Shown here one piece after another: positions 47,566-55,832 of a stretch of 64,000 nt of DNA; position 1 is the first letter of the stretch; each line of letters begins with the position of its first letter. The notes beneath the pieces are model-generated. The model had not been told where the DNA came from. It worked only from the letters and a program-made list of their open reading frames with translations, and searched no databases. Source of the stretch: an uncultured virus (IMG/VR IMGVR_UViG_3300025121_000020) (lineage: Duplodnaviria; Heunggongvirae; Uroviricota; Caudoviricetes); IMG/VR virus record IMGVR_UViG_3300025121_000020; one strand, 5' to 3'. The translations under genes and the position numbers were made by a program.

Positions 47566-50500
47566 TTACCCGCCCTTCAACTTCTGCTGTCGCATAGCGG
47601 TGGCATGCTCACGCCTCGCCTCCGCTCGCTTCGGATGCGTGTGAACTTCCTGTTGTTCGCGCGCCACACTCGCCCCCTGGTTCCTGGCTTCCTCTACCTT
47701 GTCCACGGGCACCCTGTAACGCTTCGGGGCCTTGTACCCGTACGTCCCCAGGGGGGTGGCTCCATCCACTCTGAGGGTATTACGCCTCCCCTCCTTGTGG
47801 TTCATCACCACGTGAGAAGCTTCAGACTGCGCCTTCTTCGCGTACTCGTCCGCCGACATCGTGTGGAGGGGGACCCCGTCAGCCCCCACCATGTCCGGCG
47901 CACTTCGAAGCTTCTCGTTCTCTGCCGCGAACGCTCGCTGCATCTCACGATTACGCTCCGCTTCTGCCTCCCTATCCTTCTCTCGTCCGCGCTCCCGGTC
48001 TGCTGCCTCCTGCTTCTTCCTCTCGTACCGCTCCTTGTGCTGCTGCAACTCGGCCTTGTAGGCTTCCTTCCCCTCCGGAGTCCAGTCACGGACCACTTGT
48101 TGCCACTTTGCCGCGCGGATCTCCGGCAGCTCTTCTTTCGGTCTCGCCTCCTCAAATGCCCCAACGGCATTCGGGTGCGTCACCTTCACCGCGGCGTTGC
48201 CGGCATGCTTGCGGGCGAAAGCCTGCACGGCGTCTTCCTTCGACGGGTACCAGTGCTGCTTCTCCCCCGCGACTTCGTCGCCGTCGTCGTTCACCTCGAG
48301 CGGTGCACCCGGCTCCGGGTGCACCTCCCACTCGCCACCGCGCTCCCCCTGCGTCCGACGATGCACGGCATACTCTTTGCCTCCCAGACGGTGGTTGCGC
48401 CCCCGCATAGCCAGATCCACCTTCCTCGCCGGCCGTCCCCCTCCCCCGAACAAGCCGATCTGCCTCTCTTCCGGCACGGATTCTGAGCCGATCAGAGAGT
48501 GGTATTGCGGGTAGTCCTCTTCTCCCAGGTGCTTCGTCTTGAACTCGACGTGCCTCTTGACTTGTTGCTTCTCGAATTCTCCTTCCCGCTCCCGCAGTTC
48601 CGAGGGTGTCAGCTTCGACATCTCGACATCTGTCTCCCCGAACTCATCCGGACCAACGAGACCCGCCTCCATCATCCCGCGGTGGTACTTACCCGCCTCC
48701 TTCCCGAAGTCCTTCGCCGTGGCATGCTCGGCATCGTCTCGAGCTCGAGCGGTATCCTTCACCCCCCAGGCTGCCTTCACGGCACTGACGAAGTGCTCGG
48801 GGGAGTCGAAGTCTACGGCAGGGTCGCCTTCGTAGGCGTCCTCGAGCATAGCCTGCGCCTCGGACTCCGCCTCGTTCGCGTCAACGGCCGTAAACTCCCC
48901 CAGTGCCTTCGCGACCGCCTCATCCTGCCGCTTACTCCTCCTCTCCCCCATCTCCCGATCCAGTTTCGTCTTCTCCGAAGTCCCCTCGAGCGGGTTCCCT
49001 GTCGCCCTGTGGAACTCGTCATAGTACCCGTGCCCAGGGTGATTGGCATGATTCGGGTCGAAACGATTGTACGGCTTGTTCCCGGTGATCCCCTCGTGAG
49101 GCAGCGCCTTCACCTCGAACGTTCCGGACCGGATGGCTCTGTCAATCTCAGTCTTCTCCGCTCGAGTCGCCGGAGCGTACGACGCGAGATTTTTCCCCTG
49201 CGCAGGGTGCAAGCGGACGATCTCCCCGTTCTGCCACGCGTAGCGCCCGCCACCGTCAACGATCTGCCCCACTACCCGCCGCTGCGACGGGAAGGGGTCC
49301 GACTCTGATAGGCGCTGCCACTCGCCGAAGATGTCGTCGGAATCCTTACCGAGGGAAGGGACGCGGGCGCCGTACTCGTTGGTGTAGTCGTGGGCGTGGG
49401 CAGCTTGCTGCCAGGCATCGCCGGACTCCGTACGCTGCTGCTTTCTCTCATCCCTCCGTCTGTTTATTTCTTGCACTGCTGGGTGCTCGTTGTGCAGTCT
49501 CTCCATCTCCGCGTCCCTCGCCGCGCTCAGCTTCTCCGCTCGGTCCGCCAAATCCCCGCGGCGCTTCGGATCTGTGGTGGCGCTCGCGTAGTCCTGCAGT
49601 CTCCCGATGCGAGAGTTGAAATTGTTCTCCGCATTCGCCAGAGCGTTACCGTGCGCCCGATCGAGATCCTCACGTGACATAGACTTGGCGTCCCCCTGCA
49701 GAGGTCCTTCCGCGTAGTCCTGTCGGATCTGTTTCAGCATATCCGGAGCGCTTACCGCATGACTTGCGCGTAATTCAACTTCCTTCCAGTAATTCTCTGC
49801 CCGCTGCAACGCTGCGTGCTCGGCGCGATCCTTCTGGTGTATGAATTTCTTCGCCTCCCCGGTAAGCGGATCGTATTTTTTCCCGTCCACCAGGTCCTGC
49901 TTCGAGTACATCGCGCGTTCCCACCTGTCCTTCGCGTGAAGTCGCAGCCTCTCCATGGCCTCCGGGGAGCCCGCATGCTGCTCGAGCAACTCTTCGGGCA
50001 TCGCAGTTGGAGGCAGCAACTTGGAGTCAATTTCAGCCCCCGCCATACTCGCGGAGGGTTCGCGGTCACGCGCTGACCCGAAGCGATCGTGAAACGCGGA
50101 GCCCGCGCGCTCATACTCCCCGAGGTTCCGCATCCCGCTCTTGAAGTCCGGAGCACCAGGCGCGGGGAGCTCCCCCGCCCGCTTCAAGAAGTCCTTCCGA
50201 TCTTGGATGTCCTTCGCTCTTTTCCGATCCGCCAGCATCGCTTGGTGCGTCGCACGAATGCGCTTCTCACGCGCGGGAAGTGCAGTTTCGTACTTCTCGC
50301 CGCCAGGGAGGTGCGCCTTCGCCTCCTCTATCCGAGCAGCGATGCTACGTTCCTCTTGCGTCTCAGCACGCTTTCCGCGCTTCGCACGAAGCTTCTCGAG
50401 CTCCTGCGTGGCAGTATCTATGTACCCCTGCACGCGCGTCCCCTCAGACACGTGGTGCTTCTCGAGCTCTTGCTTCGTGTACTCGTCTTCGGACGGCTCG

Positions 50501-50931
50501 TGGGAGCTGCGTCCCGCGATCTTCCTCACAATCTCCTCATGCTTCTCCGGATCCGCATAGGTGATCTTCGAATCCTTCGTGAGGGGGATCACGTGCTTGT
50601 TTCCCTCCTCCCCCACCGTAATCCACCCTTTGATCTCACTCTCCGGGACGCGCTTCTCCCCTTTGAGCATCTCTGCTACCGTATCCGCGCGCAAGACCAC
50701 GTGAACGCCATCCGGGAGGCCCTTCTCTACCGGCACCACCTCCATGTGGCGAGAGGAGGGGTCGATCCAGTTCGGGACTGTCAGTCCCCCTGCGTGGAGA
50801 GCTGTCGCCACTGCCTGGCACACCTCCCGATACTCCGCGACCGACAGATTGGGACGGTTGAGCGGCGACTGGTACTGCGCCGCCATGTCCACGGCCTCAC
50901 TGGTGGTCATCTGCATAGTATCTCCGATCAA
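47566..50931 (-). CDS. 1121-aa protein with hybrid A/B leader
   Basis: EMLKG-EKRVPESEIKGWITVGEEGNKHVIPL...KHEEIVRKIA. Confidence 0.85.
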   Translation of the reverse strand: MIGDTMQMTTSEAVDMAAQYQSPLNRPNLSVAEYREVCQAVATALHAGGLTVPNWIDPSSRHMEVVPVEKGLPDGVHVVLRADTVAEMLKGEKRVPESEIKGWITVGEEGNKHVIPLTKDSKITYADPEKHEEIVRKIAGRSSHEPSEDEYTKQELEKHHVSEGTRVQGYIDTATQELEKLRAKRGKRAETQEERSIAARIEEAKAHLPGGEKYETALPAREKRIRATHQAMLADRKRAKDIQDRKDFLKRAGELPAPGAPDFKSGMRNLGEYERAGSAFHDRFGSARDREPSASMAGAEIDSKLLPPTAMPEELLEQHAGSPEAMERLRLHAKDRWERAMYSKQDLVDGKKYDPLTGEAKKFIHQKDRAEHAALQRAENYWKEVELRASHAVSAPDMLKQIRQDYAEGPLQGDAKSMSREDLDRAHGNALANAENNFNSRIGRLQDYASATTDPKRRGDLADRAEKLSAARDAEMERLHNEHPAVQEINRRRDERKQQRTESGDAWQQAAHAHDYTNEYGARVPSLGKDSDDIFGEWQRLSESDPFPSQRRVVGQIVDGGGRYAWQNGEIVRLHPAQGKNLASYAPATRAEKTEIDRAIRSGTFEVKALPHEGITGNKPYNRFDPNHANHPGHGYYDEFHRATGNPLEGTSEKTKLDREMGERRSKRQDEAVAKALGEFTAVDANEAESEAQAMLEDAYEGDPAVDFDSPEHFVSAVKAAWGVKDTARARDDAEHATAKDFGKEAGKYHRGMMEAGLVGPDEFGETDVEMSKLTPSELREREGEFEKQQVKRHVEFKTKHLGEEDYPQYHSLIGSESVPEERQIGLFGGGGRPARKVDLAMRGRNHRLGGKEYAVHRRTQGERGGEWEVHPEPGAPLEVNDDGDEVAGEKQHWYPSKEDAVQAFARKHAGNAAVKVTHPNAVGAFEEARPKEELPEIRAAKWQQVVRDWTPEGKEAYKAELQQHKERYERKKQEAADRERGREKDREAEAERNREMQRAFAAENEKLRSAPDMVGADGVPLHTMSADEYAKKAQSEASHVVMNHKEGRRNTLRVDGATPLGTYGYKAPKRYRVPVDKVEEARNQGASVAREQQEVHTHPKRAEARREHATAMRQQKLKGG

Positions 50932-53900
50932 AGTGTTTTCTCGAATTCCTTGAGCCTGGGTAGTAACGCCCTCAATTCTCTGACCTGGTCGTCCCCGCTC
51001 TCCTCTAACTGCTTCTCCTTACCGAGGAGAATCGCGTCTTCCGTGGCACGCTTTCGCGTGTGTAGATCCTCGATATGCGCATCCATAGGATCGTCCATAA
51101 GAGGCTTCATCATGAGCGTCTTATGTTGCTGTCCAGGACGATACACGCGCGCCGTTGCCTGGTCTTCAACTTTAGGGTTCCAGTGGCTCGAAAGGTGGAT
51201 TACTGCACTGGAATTCTTTTGCAGATTAAGTCCCAACCCACCGGCTCGAACGTTAATTAGCGCTACCGGAACTTCCCCCGCGTTGAACCCATCCTGAATC
51301 TTGTCGCGCTTCTTTTGTGGAGTATCCCCCGTGATCAACCCGAAGTGCTGCTCTCCCAGCCCCGCGTTGCCATCCTCGTCTTCCTTCATGAGCTCACGCT
51401 GCAACAATGGGAAGGCGCCGTTAAACTCGCAGAAAACGGCGATTCCCTGCCCCGGGTTCGACTTTAGGTGGTCGCGGATAGCCTGCGCTGCAGCTTCGAT
51501 CTTGGGCGCGGGTCCGGTATAATTTCGGTCGACCAACTCCGGAGAGATACCCACCTGCCGGAGGCGAAGAAGCGCAGTCAAGATATTCTTCTTCTGCTTC
51601 TTGTCGCTCGTGTCAACTCGGGCGGCCTCCGCGTCGAAGTCAATCGTGTCGTCAGCACCAGCCAACCTCTCGAGCGCAGTAGCGGTTTCATCACTCGGCG
51701 AACTGTTGATCGCATCTATCGCGTCCGCAACCGCCGCGCGATAGTAGGGACGCTGCTCGTTCGCGATGCTCAGTTTCGGCTTTTCCGTCACCAGTGGCGG
51801 TAAATGGATTCCCACTTCCGGATCGCGAAGCTTGCGCATGATGAAATAGGGCTTGAGCTGCTCGTGCAACTGCTCGAGATTTTTGGACCCCACGATGCGA
51901 TCGTGCCCCCCTACGCTCTTTCGGATCAGATAACGATCCTCGAACGTCTTCCGATCCCCGAGGACCGCCGGGTCAACGAGCTGCATGAGCCTGTAGGCTT
52001 CCCGCGGGTCGTTCGGGACCGGAGTAGCCGTGAGCAACTTGAAGTGCCCCTTGTTGAAGAACTGTCGCACAGCTCCGAAGCGCTTCCCCTTCACCACGCC
52101 GGAAGTCAATTCCTCCATCGCGTCGTCACCCCCGCTCTGGATCTGCGCCTTGAACTTTCGCCAGGTATCAGTCAACGTCCACTGCCTGTGGATCTTATCC
52201 TCCCGGTACATCTTTTTCCGAACTTCCGACGTCATCCCCGGTACCGCAGCCTCCCCACGGAACATGACGGAATCCGGCGCATTCTGGAGGAACGTTGCCT
52301 CCATCAGCGTCATCTTCGCCTTAACGGCAGAGGACCCCCCTTTGAGGGAGTGCGCCTCGTCAACGAACTTCGCGACCCGCTCGCCGCCGCACAACTCGCC
52401 GATGAGCGGTCCGTCCTCTTTCTGGATGATCATGGAGTCCGGCACGAGCAGGAAGTCGAACCCGTCCCTCTTCGCCTTCTCGTACACGGCGCGACGTTGT
52501 GCCGCAGTCCCGGCCCACTCCAGTATGCGCGCCTTGGGTGCGAATTTCTGGAGCTCGTCGCGCCAATTCTTGAGCAGGGAGGGTGGGTGTAAGATAGCGG
52601 AGCCATCTACTTCCCCGCGATGCTTGAGCAGAAGCGCAGCGTTGATTGTGCTTAAAGTTTTTCCCAGCCCCATCTCGTCAAAATCACTACAGCGTTTTGC
52701 TTCTGCCATAAAATTCACAGCTTGCGCCTGATATGGTCGAACTCCCGCCTGTTTTGCCGTTCCGGGGATAGGCTGACCGCTACTGTCTCGCTCATACGTC
52801 GTCGGATCGACGTGCTTCATCTTCGGGTCGAGCAAACCCCCTTCGAATTCTGGCATCATGTGCACAGTCGTGTCTCGCTTGGCACTCTCCATGCGATTCA
52901 CCGCAGCGGCACGATCGGCCTCCGCGCTCTCCCTCTTCTCTTTCCGTTCCCTCCAATCCTTGACCAGCGGAGACTCCTTGCCGTCTCGCTTCGCCGCCAG
53001 AAGTGCTGAGGCGATCTCAGCCATTCCGGGGGACTTCTCGCGCATCCCGGGGTCCGTCGCGTAGAATTCTATCGACCGTGGCTTCTCCTTCCAGAGATCC
53101 CCCCAAGTGACGTCAGCGTACTTGCTGGCTCCGCCGATCTTAACGTTGTCCCAGGGGGTCTCGAGTTCTTTTGTAAAGGCTTTCGGGGGCACTACCTCCT
53201 TCTTCATCACGACAGGCTCGATACCCTTCACGTGTGCGTCCAATACGGCTTTCGCCGCTTCCAACCTCTCCCCTTTGAAATCAGCGCTCGGCGTCGTCAT
53301 CCACTCCAGGTACCCAGGATTCGTCTTGGCAAGTTCCTTCCACGTTTTATCCCGATGCTGCCCGAACCCAACCTTCCTGTCATCCCACGGCGTACTGAAA
53401 ACTTTCTTCCCCTCCTTAGCCGCCTGTTCCCCTTCCTCCCTCTTCTCGACCTCCCTCCGCGCCTGTTCCTTGAACTTCTCCCTCGCGCTTTCTCCCACCT
53501 CCGGAAACTTCGCGCTGAGGTCATCGAACGCCTTCCGCTGCCCCTCCGTCTTGCCCGCCATGCTCTCCTGGAACAGCTCCTCAGCCCGGGCCTTGACCTT
53601 CTCGTTCGTCGCCCGCTGCTTCTCTGTTGCCTTTCCCACCGCATCCCTGACAGATGCCGACAGGGCAAACCCGTGCCGCTCTGCCCAATCCTCCAGACCT
53701 CCCAGGGGGTCCTCTCTGGACAAACCCCGCACCAGATCCGCCACGCTGCCGACGATCTTGCGCTTGCCCCCGTTCCACCGCGCTCCGAACGCCCCCCTCA
53801 CCTGGCTGTTTAGGTACTCGTCGTAGGGATAGTCGAACAGTACGGATCCGTCCTTCCCGATCGAGACGCCCTTGTGCCCGCGCTCCCCCTCCCCCTCCGG

Positions 53901-54602
53901 CATCTCGATGTCCGCGAGTGAGATGCCGTGCTGCTTCTTGTACTTCTTGAGCAGATACTTCGCTCGCTCCCAGTCCGACGGAGTCCAGTCCTCCTCCGGC
54001 GTGCTCGCCAGGTGCCCGCCGATGCCCTTGTCGCTCCCGTCCCACCCCACGTCATCCTTCTCGTTCGCGTGCCCGCCACTGGAGTCACGGTGGGCGTCTA
54101 TGTCGGAGAGGATGGATTGGGCGCTGTGCTTCTCGGGTGCGGGGGGTACTACCGCAGGCTCGAGCTTAGCCGCCCTCTTCTCCGCAACATCCTTCGCCAA
54201 CCCCGTGCTGTTTTCGGCCACCTTCCCCGCGATCTCCCGGTGCTTCGCAAGGGCGTCTCCCTCGAGCACAATCTCCTGATCCTTCAGGCGCTTCAAAGAC
54301 TCCTCGTGCTCCTTTAACTCAGCCTGAGTAGGATTAGCCTTCGAGTGACCTGGGTGCCAGTCGGGGTGGACGCGCGCGACGACGCGGTCTTTCCCCACCG
54401 ACACGTGCTTGATCGGTACGCGAGATCGGTGCGCCGCGTCTGGAGAGGAAGCACCCGACGGCATGGTGATCCAACCGTCGATATCAGCGTCTGGAATGAG
54501 GCCCTTGAGGGCATCTTGGGTAAGGTGAACGTGCACGGTGGCCTCCAACAGCAGGTAAGCGTGTCCTGCCGTGAGCGTGCCATATTTTTGTTGAGTAGTC
54601 AA
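50928..54602 (-). CDS. Type-A leader fused to SNF2-family helicase (start uncertain)
   Basis: ALKG-LIPDADIDGWITMPS; RPYQ, DEMGLGKT, VDEAH, LLTATP, GLGLNLQ, QATARVYRPGQ; HARP-like 'F.YPYD...GARWN' and 'FGQHR...PGYLEW' modules. Confidence 0.9.
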   Translation of the reverse strand: MTTQQKYGTLTAGHAYLLLEATVHVHLTQDALKGLIPDADIDGWITMPSGASSPDAAHRSRVPIKHVSVGKDRVVARVHPDWHPGHSKANPTQAELKEHEESLKRLKDQEIVLEGDALAKHREIAGKVAENSTGLAKDVAEKRAAKLEPAVVPPAPEKHSAQSILSDIDAHRDSSGGHANEKDDVGWDGSDKGIGGHLASTPEEDWTPSDWERAKYLLKKYKKQHGISLADIEMPEGEGERGHKGVSIGKDGSVLFDYPYDEYLNSQVRGAFGARWNGGKRKIVGSVADLVRGLSREDPLGGLEDWAERHGFALSASVRDAVGKATEKQRATNEKVKARAEELFQESMAGKTEGQRKAFDDLSAKFPEVGESAREKFKEQARREVEKREEGEQAAKEGKKVFSTPWDDRKVGFGQHRDKTWKELAKTNPGYLEWMTTPSADFKGERLEAAKAVLDAHVKGIEPVVMKKEVVPPKAFTKELETPWDNVKIGGASKYADVTWGDLWKEKPRSIEFYATDPGMREKSPGMAEIASALLAAKRDGKESPLVKDWRERKEKRESAEADRAAAVNRMESAKRDTTVHMMPEFEGGLLDPKMKHVDPTTYERDSSGQPIPGTAKQAGVRPYQAQAVNFMAEAKRCSDFDEMGLGKTLSTINAALLLKHRGEVDGSAILHPPSLLKNWRDELQKFAPKARILEWAGTAAQRRAVYEKAKRDGFDFLLVPDSMIIQKEDGPLIGELCGGERVAKFVDEAHSLKGGSSAVKAKMTLMEATFLQNAPDSVMFRGEAAVPGMTSEVRKKMYREDKIHRQWTLTDTWRKFKAQIQSGGDDAMEELTSGVVKGKRFGAVRQFFNKGHFKLLTATPVPNDPREAYRLMQLVDPAVLGDRKTFEDRYLIRKSVGGHDRIVGSKNLEQLHEQLKPYFIMRKLRDPEVGIHLPPLVTEKPKLSIANEQRPYYRAAVADAIDAINSSPSDETATALERLAGADDTIDFDAEAARVDTSDKKQKKNILTALLRLRQVGISPELVDRNYTGPAPKIEAAAQAIRDHLKSNPGQGIAVFCEFNGAFPLLQRELMKEDEDGNAGLGEQHFGLITGDTPQKKRDKIQDGFNAGEVPVALINVRAGGLGLNLQKNSSAVIHLSSHWNPKVEDQATARVYRPGQQHKTLMMKPLMDDPMDAHIEDLHTRKRATEDAILLGKEKQLEESGDDQVRELRALLPRLKEFEKTL

Positions 54603-54678
54603 GGCGCTACGCTTGAGCTCGAAATCAGCTCACCAGCTCCGTGCTGAGAGGATGCCTCAGAAAGGGAACATTCGTCAA

Positions 54679-55038
54679 CTACTTTTTTTCAACTTTCGTC
54701 ACTCTACGCGCCGACACCATGTACCATCCCCCTTCTTCCCCCTTCGTCATCTCCCGCGCCAGCCCCCGATGCACCGCGTCTCGCGGTATGCTCTTCCGCG
54801 AGAACTCCGCCACGATCTCCGGTATCCGCCTCCGCGCTTCCGCCTCAGACCGACACCCCCACCTCCACAGCACGGGGTCCCCCGGCACGCGCGCTGACAG
54901 TCCCTGCCCCTCGAGCACGAAGTGGTACACCTTACTCTTATCGAGACCTGCGGGACCACACGTCGGGCACGGTCCGGGGAGAATGGCCCCCCGCCCGCAG
55001 CGTCGGCAGTGCACGGCGTCAAAGACTACGCTCGTCAC
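54679..55038 (-). CDS. Hypothetical Zn-ribbon protein
   Basis: CxxC..CxxC; GTGA-coupled. Confidence 0.6.
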   Translation of the reverse strand: MTSVVFDAVHCRRCGRGAILPGPCPTCGPAGLDKSKVYHFVLEGQGLSARVPGDPVLWRWGCRSEAEARRRIPEIVAEFSRKSIPRDAVHRGLAREMTKGEEGGWYMVSARRVTKVEKK

Positions 55039-55436
55039 GGCGTCACCTTCTTACCCCACGTCAACCTGACCTGCACGGCGGCGCTACCGTCGTTTGACAG
55101 GTACAGGATCGTCCCCGAGGGGATGGCGATGTGCGAGTTAAGTTTGCCCTCGATCACGAGGCGGGTGACCCGCAGCGCCTGCGCACCCGTGGACCCGACC
55201 TTGACCAGAAACTCTTCCCCGTCCACTTCCTCGAGCGCCGCAAAGAAGCAATCGTTCGACAGGGTGATGGGGGTATCCACTGCCCCCACCGCGAGGGGGA
55301 TCACCTGGCCGAGGTCGTACCCGGCGGTGGCCTCGTAGCTCCGCTCGGTGGACAGGTTGACCACGGCGCTCTGCGCCCCGAGGTCTCGCGTAAAAGATAG
55401 GGTAAACCGCGTCGTCAGGCTAGGTGTGCTGCTCAT
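55035..55436 (-). CDS. Hypothetical, possibly structural protein
   Basis: ATGA-coupled in the portal operon. Confidence 0.65.
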   Translation of the reverse strand: MSSTPSLTTRFTLSFTRDLGAQSAVVNLSTERSYEATAGYDLGQVIPLAVGAVDTPITLSNDCFFAALEEVDGEEFLVKVGSTGAQALRVTRLVIEGKLNSHIAIPSGTILYLSNDGSAAVQVRLTWGKKVTP

Positions 55437-55825
55437 TGGTTATCCTCCCACCGTTGGACTACCGTGAAGGGATCTGTGCCCACGCCCGCGCCCGCGGTCA
55501 CGTCAACCAAGCGAAGCGCAGCGCAGTACCCGTGCACATCCTGCACTATCGGACCGCTGTTGCCGGTCAGCGCCCCCGTGTATCCGGTGGGCACGACTCC
55601 CTGCATCGCCTTCTTCGTCAGAGGATCGTACAGGTACAGCTCCACCTTATACGACGCTACCCACGCCGGAGGCTCGATCGTGTAGGTAGTGCGGGAGAAC
55701 GGAGACGGCCCGGCAAAGTCTCCGAGAGAAGCGGGGGCGTCGAAATCGTTCCCGCTCACGAACCCCGCCGGAGGATAGTATTCGATTGGGCGGGCATCGG
55801 ACGGATAACGGAAACCTAGATACAT
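55433..55825 (-). CDS. Hypothetical, possibly structural protein
   Basis: Immediately follows the portal-like gene. Confidence 0.65.
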   Translation of the reverse strand: MYLGFRYPSDARPIEYYPPAGFVSGNDFDAPASLGDFAGPSPFSRTTYTIEPPAWVASYKVELYLYDPLTKKAMQGVVPTGYTGALTGNSGPIVQDVHGYCAALRLVDVTAGAGVGTDPFTVVQRWEDNQ

Positions 55826-55832
55826 AGCTCAC

